DNA from: Chloroflexota bacterium | GTDB taxonomy: Bacteria > Chloroflexota > Anaerolineae > UBA2200 | DNA length: 64,000 nt | Assembly: GCA_030607875.1 (NCBI GenBank) | Contig: JAUWJD010000009.1 | Span: 29,169-93,168 of the forward strand | Direction: 5' to 3' | In this document: piece after piece, positions 1 through 8,665 of the stretch | How the letters are laid out: every line of letters begins with the position of its first letter | How positions within the stretch are numbered: position 1 is the stretch's first letter | Made by a program: the position numbers and the translations under genes | Notes under the pieces: model-generated | The model's input: the letters and a program-made list of their open reading frames with translations, nothing else | The model's database searches: none | What the model was told of the DNA's origin: nothing

Positions 1-107
1 GTGCAATGAGTTGAGCCAAAGAGAACGCCATGGCATTTTCCCTCCCTTTCAAATGCTTTGGAACCAGTCCGAGAAAACACGGCACGCCAGGATCGCAGGC
101 ATTGTGG

Positions 108-2108
108 TCATTCTTCTCCCTCCCCAGAGATCGCTGTGCTGGATTCCTGCCTGCATCTGCGCAGCACTGCTTCTAGCTCCAGCACTCTGGCCGTCTCTGC
201 TAAAGGCCAACCCGTTGCCGGGTTGATGCCCATCGTCTCGAAGTAACCCTTGCTCATGGCTGCGGTGTTCAGCGTCACGCCGGCCAGGGGGCCGGCATCC
301 AGTGGCGGCTGGCCCCGCTCGCGCGCAGGCAGTGTGATCTGCTCAGGCGTGATCCCTTCGCGGGCGTTGAAGGCGTGGCGCAAGGCCTGAATGCGCTTTC
401 CGGTGCGAAGAAGACCCATCTCATCTATGTCCCAGCCGGTGGCAGCTCGCAACCATGTCAGGAACGGTGGGTCACCCATCAACAGGCTGAATTGGCACAA
501 GCCCAGGGCATCGAAAGCGCGCAGAACCGGCATCGTCGTGGCCACCTCTGCGCCCTTGGCTGCACTGTCATGGCGGGCCGCGGGCTGGCGTCCGGCGAGT
601 TTGAGATAGCGGACCAGAGAGGGATCGACTAATACCCCACTTAAAGTGGAGGTGTGCCGGCCCGGTGCCGGGTCGAACAGATAGCCTGCGCCAACACTTG
701 GTTCGTAGAGGCTGCGATGCATGGGCAGTTCCTGCCCGCCCGTGTGCATGGCCACCTCGTGGGCTTTAGGATCCAGCCGCTTGGCGGCGCGCATCACGCC
801 GTCAGCCAGCCACTCTCCCAGGCCTGGCTGGCGAGTGGCGATGCGCTTGGTCAGTTCGATGATCGCTTCGCCGTTGCCCCATCGTAACTCGAGTTCATCA
901 GCCAACTTCGGCGGCAGCCAGCCGCGCTCGTAGCACTCCATACCAAAGGCCACCGCCACACCGGTTGAGATCGTGTCCAGGCCAGACAGGTTGCAGATCT
1001 CGTTGCAAGCTACGACCGTATTCAGGTCAGCGTTCATCACCGTTGGGCCGAATGCGGCCAGGGTCTCGTACTCAGGGCGGTGGCCGGTGCCGCCACCCGG
1101 CAAGCGAATCACTGCACCGCAAGCCAGCGGACAACTGTGGCAAGCGTATGGCCTGATGTTGTCCTGGATTACCGCCTCGTCGCTGAGGTTCTCAGCCCAC
1201 GCCAGTGGATAGTCGCGCAGGCTGCTACCCGCCCAGTTACGTATGGGCGTATCACCCAGGGCGACCAGCAACGCTGTCCCCGCAGCAGTCCCGTACAGGC
1301 GGTAGTTGTCGATCACCATCTGCGCAGGGCCGCCGCTCAATCTGAGGCGGAAGCGCCGCAAGAGGGGGGCCAAGAGATGTAGCAACTTGGGCACTATGGG
1401 CATCCAGGCGGGTGGTTTGCGGCGGAAGAGCTGGCGGTAGCCTTTGGTGCTTTCGGCAAAGATGGCTTTGTCAGCTAGTGGCGGTGACCGCTTGCCACGC
1501 GCCGCCACCGCTTTGAGCTTCTTGGAGCCCATCACCGCGCCCAGACCACAGCGCGCAGCAATACGGCCACCGTCATTGACAATGCCAGAGATGAGCGACA
1601 GCTTCTCCCCAGCCGGGCCAATACAGGCAACGTGAACATCTTTGGATGTGGCCTGGCGAATCGCTTCTTCAGTGGCAAGCGTGTCCAGGCCCCAAAACTC
1701 GGACGCATGGCGCAGTTCGGCGCGTTCGCTGTCTACGTACAGATAGACCGGTTCTTGGGCCACACCGCGGACGAACAGCCCGTCGTAGCCCGCACCGCGC
1801 AGGGCTGGACCGAACTTGCCCCCGCCATTGGCATCGCCCCAGCCACCCGTGAGTGGCGACTTGGCGGCGACCATAAAGCGCCCGCTGAAAGGGGCCCCGC
1901 TGCCCGTGAGCAGGCCAGGCAGAAAGCCCAGCATGTTGTCCGGCCCGAGCGGGTCACTGCCTGCGGGAATGTGCTCATAGAGCACACGCACGCCTAGCCC
2001 GTAACCACCCAGATACTGGCGGTAGACCTCATCTGGCAGGGCCTTTGCTTCAATGGTGCCGGTTGAGAGATTGACGAACAGAACCTTTCCCCAGTATCCC
2101 TTGGGCAT
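108..2108 (-). CDS. Aldehyde:ferredoxin oxidoreductase (tungsten AOR family)
   Basis: N-terminus GYWGKVLFVNLS, KSPLTGGWGDANGGG, GLGAVMGSKKLKA, C-x2-C-x3-C (CHSCPLAC), PEYET, GLDTIS; GGAGG RBS before ATG at 2108. Confidence 0.93.
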   Translation of the reverse strand: MPKGYWGKVLFVNLSTGTIEAKALPDEVYRQYLGGYGLGVRVLYEHIPAGSDPLGPDNMLGFLPGLLTGSGAPFSGRFMVAAKSPLTGGWGDANGGGKFGPALRGAGYDGLFVRGVAQEPVYLYVDSERAELRHASEFWGLDTLATEEAIRQATSKDVHVACIGPAGEKLSLISGIVNDGGRIAARCGLGAVMGSKKLKAVAARGKRSPPLADKAIFAESTKGYRQLFRRKPPAWMPIVPKLLHLLAPLLRRFRLRLSGGPAQMVIDNYRLYGTAAGTALLVALGDTPIRNWAGSSLRDYPLAWAENLSDEAVIQDNIRPYACHSCPLACGAVIRLPGGGTGHRPEYETLAAFGPTVMNADLNTVVACNEICNLSGLDTISTGVAVAFGMECYERGWLPPKLADELELRWGNGEAIIELTKRIATRQPGLGEWLADGVMRAAKRLDPKAHEVAMHTGGQELPMHRSLYEPSVGAGYLFDPAPGRHTSTLSGVLVDPSLVRYLKLAGRQPAARHDSAAKGAEVATTMPVLRAFDALGLCQFSLLMGDPPFLTWLRAATGWDIDEMGLLRTGKRIQALRHAFNAREGITPEQITLPARERGQPPLDAGPLAGVTLNTAAMSKGYFETMGINPATGWPLAETARVLELEAVLRRCRQESSTAISGEGEE

Positions 2109-2166
2109 GTGAGCTCCTCCATGCAAGAGTAGGTTCGCTTGGCCCAGCCAGTCTTTGACCCCTGGG

Positions 2167-2305
2167 TTGGCAGTCTGCAGTTGTCAGTAGGCGGTGATCA
2201 GTATAGCTGATACGAGCACATACATACTGTAACTGGATATGTTGCTGCCCCCTGCTGCAACTGCCAACTGCCCACTGACAACTGCCAACCGCAAACCGGC
2301 AACCG
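2167..2305. repeat. Two oppositely oriented arrays of degenerate heptamers (TTGGCAG-like / CTGCCAA-like)
   Basis: 2167-2201 ttggcag tctgcag ttgtcag taggcgg tgatcag; 2261-2302 ctgccaa ctgccca ctgacaa ctgccaa ccgcaaa ccggcaa. Confidence 0.8.
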
Positions 2306-2306
2306 T

Positions 2307-2942
2307 CTATGCTATCCCCACCGCCCTTAGCAATTCGAGCGTCTCTGGCGGCAAGGTGGCTGGTTCTTTGCCAAACAGCCTGCAGGCCAGCATGACCTGC
2401 ACAACCTCTTCGATGGCCATGGTGCGGTTGGCCGCCTGGCGCAGGGTCCAGCCAACGATCAGCAGCCCATGGCATTGCAGGAGAGCTGCCGGACTGTGCT
2501 TCAGTGCTTCCACTACACCCTCGCACAGCTCTGGTGAGCCAGAGAGGCAGTAAGGTACGATCTGGGTGTTGACGAAAGGTGCGGCATCCATGCTGATCGG
2601 CAGGATGCTGCCGCTTATCAGACCAAGTGCGGTGCACAACTTGGCGTGGCTGTGGATGACTGCCTCAATGTCTGGGTAGGCTTCATACACCGCTAGGTGG
2701 ACCTTGGTCTCGATCGAAGGGCGCTTGCGGCGTTCGTACGAACGGCCTTTGCGATTGACCTTGACGATGTCCTCAGGCTTGAGGCCACCTTTGTACAGCA
2801 TGGTCGGAGTGATGAGGAAGGCATCGTCTTCCTCGAGAATCCGGACCGAGACGTTGCCGCCTGTGGGCGTGATCATCCCCAGCTCATACAGCTCGTCAAC
2901 GACGCTCACGATTTCCTGACGCAGCTCTTGTTCTGCTGACAT
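2307..2942 (-). CDS. Class II aldolase/adducin family protein (FucA-like)
   Basis: GGNVSVR, FLITPT, PSIETKVH, VIHSH, LQCHGLL metal-binding motifs; start taken at MSAEQ (an upstream ATG at 2963 is possible). Confidence 0.9.
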   Translation of the reverse strand: MSAEQELRQEIVSVVDELYELGMITPTGGNVSVRILEEDDAFLITPTMLYKGGLKPEDIVKVNRKGRSYERRKRPSIETKVHLAVYEAYPDIEAVIHSHAKLCTALGLISGSILPISMDAAPFVNTQIVPYCLSGSPELCEGVVEALKHSPAALLQCHGLLIVGWTLRQAANRTMAIEEVVQVMLACRLFGKEPATLPPETLELLRAVGIA

Positions 2943-2969
2943 GTCTTTGTTTCCTCGTTTCATTCGTGG

Positions 2970-4466
2970 CTAGAGCCCGCGCGCCTGTTCAAACAACCGC
3001 GTCCACTTGCGATACAATCCTCTGTAGGCTCGAGCGTTGGCCGGATTGGGTTCCACAACTGGCTCCCAGTGTACCATTGCTTTGGCCGCCGATGGCAAGG
3101 TGGAGTAAGCACCTGCACCCACCGCCGCACAGATTGCTGCACCGAGGCTGCTTGCTTCGCGTACGCGTGGCATGTGTACTTTGCGCTGGCAGACGTCAGC
3201 GACAATCTGCACAAAGAGGCTGGAACGTGCCAGCCCGCCACACAGGTTCAACGAACTCACTTCCTGGCCGCTGATCTTTGCCAGTTGTTCGACGTTGCCG
3301 CGCGCGGCGTAGGCCACGTTCTCCAGGATGGCCCGGCCAAAGGATCCGCGCGTCAATGGGCGCTCCGTGAGCCCCAGAAATGGGAACACGAAGGTCGATT
3401 TGGGTGGAAAGGCCAGTTCACGAAAGTCCGCAACCTGTGGCCCCATCGCCGCCAGCACCTCGCCTGGCTTTGCATCCTGCATCTCATCTTCCAGCCTGTG
3501 GTAGTCGGCCATTCCGATACCGACAAAAGCTTCGCAGAACCAGCGGAAGGCAATGCCAGCCAGCCCGGCGTTGCTCTCCAGAACCCATTGGTTAGGGAGG
3601 ACGTAAGCACCCAGGTGCAGGCGGTGCAGTGCGCCAAAGATGGGACGAGAGAGAACCATTTGAACGGGCATTGTCGTTCCGGCGATGACTGTGGTCTCAC
3701 CGTCCTCGAAAGCTGCACAGCCCAGACAGGCAGCCTGTGAATCCGCCGCTCCGACGGCTACGGGTATGCCCTCTGGCAGGCCCAACGCTGCGGCTGCTTG
3801 TGGGGTCAGTGTGCCCACCTTGGTGCCAGGTGGATAACAGGGCGGATATAGCTGTGCCGAGAAATCGAGCAGGTCGCAAAGTTCAGACGACCACTGACAA
3901 TGGATGACATCAAAGAGCATGGAGGAACTGGCGTTGGTTGGCTCCGAGCAGACCTCCCCGCTGAGACGATAGGTCAGCCAGTCGCTGATCATGAGGACGT
4001 GGGCAATGCGCCTATACGCCTCGGGGCGGTGCAGGCGAAACCACCACAGGCGCTCCAGGGCATCCAGCCCCAATGGCCACCGCCCAGTGATGCGGTAGAT
4101 GGTCTCGCCAAAGTCTCTGGCGATGTCTTCGGCATGGAGCACGCCCCGGGCGTCGCGGTTGGTGCTGCAAAGGATCTCGTGGCCATCTGCGTCCAAGAAG
4201 ACGACGCCATCCCGCTGACTGGTGGTGCTTATGGCGCGCACGGACTGTGGGTCAATGCTGGCCTGCTCCATCGCCTGTCGTGTGGTGCGGCACAGGGCTG
4301 CCCACATCTCTTGTGGATCGAATTCCGAACCTAGCGGTTCGTCCTCCGGTGTGTGTGGAGCCCAATCCTGGGCTGCCGACGATAGCAGGTTTCCTTCCAG
4401 GTCGAATATGGCACTCCGCCCAGCCCCGCTGCCAGCGTCCAGGGCGATGACGCAATCACTTTTCAT
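2970..4466 (-). CDS. FGGY-family carbohydrate kinase, LsrK-like
   Basis: IALDAGSGAGRSAIFDLEGN, SEFD, NRDARG, SEPTNASS, GAADSQ, GGLARS, EASSLGAA; N-terminus resembles LsrK. Confidence 0.9.
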   Translation of the reverse strand: MKSDCVIALDAGSGAGRSAIFDLEGNLLSSAAQDWAPHTPEDEPLGSEFDPQEMWAALCRTTRQAMEQASIDPQSVRAISTTSQRDGVVFLDADGHEILCSTNRDARGVLHAEDIARDFGETIYRITGRWPLGLDALERLWWFRLHRPEAYRRIAHVLMISDWLTYRLSGEVCSEPTNASSSMLFDVIHCQWSSELCDLLDFSAQLYPPCYPPGTKVGTLTPQAAAALGLPEGIPVAVGAADSQAACLGCAAFEDGETTVIAGTTMPVQMVLSRPIFGALHRLHLGAYVLPNQWVLESNAGLAGIAFRWFCEAFVGIGMADYHRLEDEMQDAKPGEVLAAMGPQVADFRELAFPPKSTFVFPFLGLTERPLTRGSFGRAILENVAYAARGNVEQLAKISGQEVSSLNLCGGLARSSLFVQIVADVCQRKVHMPRVREASSLGAAICAAVGAGAYSTLPSAAKAMVHWEPVVEPNPANARAYRGLYRKWTRLFEQARGL

Positions 4467-4519
4467 GACCAGCCTCGTAGTTTGCAGAGTAGTTCAATGG
4501 CAACTGCCAGGCGCGTGCA

Positions 4520-5518
4520 CTACCACCGAAAGTCATCCAGGGTCTGCGGGTTGATGCAGTGCAGGGGGCGCTGGCTTTCGAAGAGTCGCACCAGATCAGC
4601 GACGGCGATATGCGATTGGTGGGCAACCACCTCTGCCGTGCTTCCACCAATGTGTGGCGTGGCGATGACGTTGTCCAAGGTGAGCAGCGGGTTGTCCGGC
4701 GCGGGTGGCTCGTCGTCGAACACGTCCAGCGCAGCGCCAGCCAGATGCCCATCACGCAGAGCATCGTAGAGTGCAGTCTCGTCCGTCAAGGCCGAGCGGG
4801 CCACGTTGATGAAATAGGCCCCTTCTTTCATCAGGCCGAACTCGCGCTTGCCTATCATACCGCTCGTCTCGTCAGTCACCACAGCGTGCAAGCTGACGAT
4901 GTCGGACTGCCGCAGCAGTTCGCTCAGCTCCAGCATGGCGACATTGAGTTCGCTGGCTTGCTCCTGGCTCACATACGGGTCGTAGGCGACGACGTGCGCG
5001 CCGAAGGGCAGCAGTCGTGCGGCCACCGCGCGTCCCGCGGCTCCCAGGCCCACCAGGCCAACTGTCTTTTCCCACAGCTCTGCGCCTTGGTACCGGGTGA
5101 AAACGCGGGCCAGTTTGGCCATGCCGTCGCCTTCTTGGCGCAGAATGCTGGCCAGTGGCAGAAAGCGTCTCAGCATGGACAGCATGAACAGCAACGCCAA
5201 GTCCGCCACGGCATCTGCGTTGCGCCCGGGAGCAATCAGCACCGGTACGCCATGTTCCGTGGCTGCATCAAGATCAATGTTCACCGGCGCACCACGGCAG
5301 CAGGAGATCACCTGCAGGCTGGGCACCTTGGGAAAGATGTACTTGCGGACTTGGTCCACCTCGGTGACCAGGACGTTTACGCCTTCGAGCGCCTTAACCA
5401 GCCTGGAGCCGGCCAACATGCGCATCTTCTCGCCGTAGCTGCTGTATTCCACCTCACCATAACGGCCCAGGGTGGACAGCGCCTCCTGGTCGAACCGGGC
5501 AGTGATCAGGATTTTCAT
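4520..5518 (-). CDS. D-isomer-specific 2-hydroxyacid dehydrogenase
   Basis: PGRNADAVA, GLVGLGAAG Rossmann motif, INVAR, LDVFDDEP, TPHIGG. Confidence 0.92.
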   Translation of the reverse strand: MKILITARFDQEALSTLGRYGEVEYSSYGEKMRMLAGSRLVKALEGVNVLVTEVDQVRKYIFPKVPSLQVISCCRGAPVNIDLDAATEHGVPVLIAPGRNADAVADLALLFMLSMLRRFLPLASILRQEGDGMAKLARVFTRYQGAELWEKTVGLVGLGAAGRAVAARLLPFGAHVVAYDPYVSQEQASELNVAMLELSELLRQSDIVSLHAVVTDETSGMIGKREFGLMKEGAYFINVARSALTDETALYDALRDGHLAGAALDVFDDEPPAPDNPLLTLDNVIATPHIGGSTAEVVAHQSHIAVADLVRLFESQRPLHCINPQTLDDFRW

Positions 5519-5521
5519 GGA

Positions 5522-5911
5522 CTACGCGTCAGTTTTGGCCTTGAAGTAGATGCGCTTGAAATCATCCATCAGGCCCTGCAAGCGCATCGCTGCGGCGACG
5601 TTGCCGGAAAAGGCCAGGTCGCCCTTCATCGCCGCCTTGGCTGCGTTGACTTTTCCGGTGAACATGCCGTCAAAGATGTCGCTGTCCATGGTCAGGTAGA
5701 TGTCAGCATCCTCCTCGAGCTCGCCCAGCCCTGCCTCGACCTCGCCGTCCCGGAAGTTGGTGTAGAAGAAGACGTCCAGGTCCGGAAACTCGTAGCTGAT
5801 GGTCAGGTTCTTGCCCTTGCTGGCCTGAATCAGTGCTTCGTCCGCTTGTGCCAGTTCGGCCATCTTGCTCAGGACCTTGGTCAGCTCTTCTGGAGTGTCG
5901 AATGTAGCCAT
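5522..5911 (-). CDS. SCP2 sterol/lipid-binding domain protein
   Basis: ADIYLTMDSDIFDGMFTGKVNAAKAAMKGDLAFSGNVAAAMRL is typical of SCP2; AGGAGG RBS. Confidence 0.88.
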   Translation of the reverse strand: MATFDTPEELTKVLSKMAELAQADEALIQASKGKNLTISYEFPDLDVFFYTNFRDGEVEAGLGELEEDADIYLTMDSDIFDGMFTGKVNAAKAAMKGDLAFSGNVAAAMRLQGLMDDFKRIYFKAKTDA

Positions 5912-5945
5912 GATGTTTCCTCCTGTTTTGTGGACGTGGTATTAA

Positions 5946-5974
5946 ATTATATCATGGGATGGCTATGGATGCAA
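5946..5974 (-). promoter_or_regulatory. Sigma70-type promoter for the SCP2-AOR operon
   Basis: Minus strand TTGCAT-17 bp-TATAAT with extended TG. Confidence 0.65.
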
Positions 5975-6003
5975 TCTGGAGTCTACCTTTTCGGCGTCGC
6001 AAG

Positions 6004-6032
6004 TTGCCATTTGCGATATTCGATGATATAAT
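6004..6032 (+). promoter_or_regulatory. Sigma70-type promoter for the divergent regulator
   Basis: TTGCCA-17 bp-TATAAT with extended TG. Confidence 0.65.
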
Positions 6033-6061
6033 GTCAACACAACGACGTAGTGAGGAGACCT

Positions 6062-6541
6062 ATGGGACGACCAGACAAGCAGGCCATCCGCCGGAAGATT
6101 GTGGGCACTCTGCTGCGCCATGCGCGGCTGAGTGCGGGCAGAAGCCAGAGCGAGCTTTCTGCTGCCTTGCATGTGTCCAGGCATCGCTATGCACAGTACG
6201 AACAGGGAAAGCGAGAGCTCTCATTGCCTGACTTGGAGCTTGTTTCCGAGCTATGTGGGGTGCGGCTGGGATACTTTTTCGATGACGAAGCAGAAGTGGA
6301 AGACGAGGCTTTGGAAGTGTCTCACTCGGTGGCACCCCGCATCAAGCGCAAGATAGTGGGTGTGCTGTTGCACCAGGCCAGGCAGCTTGCAGGCAAATCA
6401 CGGAAGGAATGCGCTGCTACGCTCGGTATCTCCCCACGACGTGTTTCGCAGTACGAGAATGGAGAGAGGGAAATCTCCGCACATGAGCTCGAGATCCTGG
6501 CTCCCTATCTGGATGTACAGGTAAGCCACCTTGCGGTGTGA
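6062..6541 (+). CDS. XRE-family regulator with two tandem HTH domains
   Basis: Two repeats, RRKIVGTLLRHAR...YEQGKRELS and KRKIVGVLLHQAR...YENGEREIS; GAGGAG RBS. Confidence 0.88.
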   Translation: MGRPDKQAIRRKIVGTLLRHARLSAGRSQSELSAALHVSRHRYAQYEQGKRELSLPDLELVSELCGVRLGYFFDDEAEVEDEALEVSHSVAPRIKRKIVGVLLHQARQLAGKSRKECAATLGISPRRVSQYENGEREISAHELEILAPYLDVQVSHLAV

Positions 6542-6749
6542 GATGGCCTTGGCTTGCCACATGGTGGCGGAGGAGACTGAAATGTGAGTCTTGTGGGTCC
6601 TTCCTGGAAGGACAGCATGAGTGGTGTCTCGCGGTCATCTCAAGGTTTTGAGATGACTCTTTTTTGTCCGGCATGCCTGCTGTCATGCTTCTGTCTGCAG
6701 ATGATTGGCAGATACAGAGTACCGCGTCCAGGCCAGTAATCCAGGCTTC

Positions 6750-8636
6750 TCAGCGCCAGATATCCTCTATGGCTTGTCCACTGACCGTCGCTGGGGATGA
6801 GAAGCCTAACACCCTGGCAATCGTAGGAGCGATGTCCGTGATGTGCACAGGGGGAATGGGCTTGCCAGATACGAGATCGTTGCCAGCCGCGATGAAGATG
6901 CCATGCATTTCCGGCAGTGTGGCGTCCAAGCCCCCTTCAGCACCATATGGAGATGGAACCAAGAACTCCTCGAAACCCAGTGCATCGGACAGCCAATAGC
7001 CAGGTGCTGCCTGCACAAATAGATCCCCAGAGTTGGGCGAATCCAGGTGTATGCGTGACAGTTCATCGCGCGTGAGAATGCGTGCGAACACCGGCTGCCC
7101 GTCCTCGTCCTGGGTCTCTTCCAGCATCTCCACGATCTGCTGTTGTATGTCCTCATATTCCTCTGGAGCGACCAGGCCTGGCTGATCTCTACCCAGCAGG
7201 TTGATGTAGATGTGAGCGCTGCCTCCTGAGGCAAAGGCCAAAGCCTTACTCTCATCCTCGTCAACTGTATCCTGCTCATGGCTGGTGTCCAGATATAGCA
7301 GCTTGGCATCTTTCAGGATGGCGTTCAGCCTCACTGAGGTGTGCACCGACGACAAGCCATGCCCTGAGATGACTAACATAGCCGAATCGGCCACATTCAC
7401 CAGTGAGAGCAGTCGCCCCAGGTTTGCATCGGCCACCGAGTGCGCTTTCTGCCGATAGGCAGCGTACAGTTCTGCCGTTTCCAGGCTGTATCCCTGCTGA
7501 CGTTCATCGACGACAAGGAACGGCCGGGCGCACTCAGCAATGATGTTTTGCGCGGTGAGCAGCAGGGCAGGTTGATAGGCTCGGTATACTTGCGACACCA
7601 CGTCCATCATCCACTTTGCCCGCAGTTCCGCCATCTCGTAGTATTGCTGCGGTGACAACCAGCCCAGGCGCAATGCCTCGATATCCGGAGTCGGAGGCGG
7701 GAAGCCCAATTCGTTTACGCTTCTCAGCAATTCGATCGGACGCGCCCGATTGTAACTGACTCGGCTCTGATACACCGTAGCGGTGACACCGTCGGACGCT
7801 GTGAAGCAGAAGTAGGCACCACTGTGCAGCCGTGGGCTGACAGTCACTGCGGCCCATTTGCCCGGTTGCAGTTCCGTATGGCCGTTGGCCAGATTCTTGT
7901 CGCTGTCCAGGATCAATCGGTCGTAGTTGGGGGCATCGTCGTCCAGACCGCCAGCGGCCAGCACATTGAATGTCGCGACGGTGCCATCTTCTTGGCTGGC
8001 AATGCGCAGTACCCCCTCTTGCAAGGGACTGAATGAGATAGGTGCAGCCTCCCAGCCATTCGCTTCCTGAAATGAGATGACGTGCTGAACAGCCGGCACA
8101 TCGCTTTCGGCGACTGCGACCATGTAGTTGGCTTGCAGGTTGGGCACGTCCAACGCCGCGCTGGGCCAGAAGAGAGTGGCTGTCTTCAAGCCGTTGCGCA
8201 TAGCTGTGCGCCAGACCGTCTCCGGTGATGCTATGAGTTTGTCTAGCTCGCCCACGGGTTCAGGAAAAGCAGCCCCCGGCACGTGGTACTTGGCGGATAC
8301 CAGGCCGGTGCTGTTCGGGAACGCTCCCGTGCTCAGGGAGAAATAGGCTGGAGCCGCCAGAGCTGGATCTACCGTCTGCATGTATGCCGCTGTCACGCCG
8401 CGCTTGGCCAAAGCAGCCAGATTGGGCATGGTGCCATCTTGCATATAGCCAGCGAGCCAATCAGGGCGGGCACCATCCAAGGCCACGAGGACGACTCCCG
8501 CCTGCTGCCTGGACGCTTGTGTGTCACTTGGTGGAGGTGAGGCTGTTGGAACCATGGTGGGGGTCGAAGCGGACTGGCACGAGTTTGCCAACAGGAGCAA
8601 GAGCACTGTCCAGATACCAATCCATTCTCTCTTCAT
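6750..8636 (-). CDS. Alkaline phosphatase/NPP-superfamily lipoprotein with degenerate active site
   Basis: Lipobox LLANSC; VALDG, STGAFP..TG, ISGHG, HGIFIAAG, ITDIAPTIA fold motifs. Confidence 0.85.
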   Translation of the reverse strand: MKREWIGIWTVLLLLLANSCQSASTPTMVPTASPPPSDTQASRQQAGVVLVALDGARPDWLAGYMQDGTMPNLAALAKRGVTAAYMQTVDPALAAPAYFSLSTGAFPNSTGLVSAKYHVPGAAFPEPVGELDKLIASPETVWRTAMRNGLKTATLFWPSAALDVPNLQANYMVAVAESDVPAVQHVISFQEANGWEAAPISFSPLQEGVLRIASQEDGTVATFNVLAAGGLDDDAPNYDRLILDSDKNLANGHTELQPGKWAAVTVSPRLHSGAYFCFTASDGVTATVYQSRVSYNRARPIELLRSVNELGFPPPTPDIEALRLGWLSPQQYYEMAELRAKWMMDVVSQVYRAYQPALLLTAQNIIAECARPFLVVDERQQGYSLETAELYAAYRQKAHSVADANLGRLLSLVNVADSAMLVISGHGLSSVHTSVRLNAILKDAKLLYLDTSHEQDTVDEDESKALAFASGGSAHIYINLLGRDQPGLVAPEEYEDIQQQIVEMLEETQDEDGQPVFARILTRDELSRIHLDSPNSGDLFVQAAPGYWLSDALGFEEFLVPSPYGAEGGLDATLPEMHGIFIAAGNDLVSGKPIPPVHITDIAPTIARVLGFSSPATVSGQAIEDIWR

Positions 8637-8665
8637 CAATTGCTCTCCAGGCACGAAATGCTCGG

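Noticed and set aside
4559..6031. 490-aa + strand ORF
   Set aside because: Antisense shadow of the dehydrogenase and SCP2 genes, with no recognisable motifs; typical of high-GC DNA
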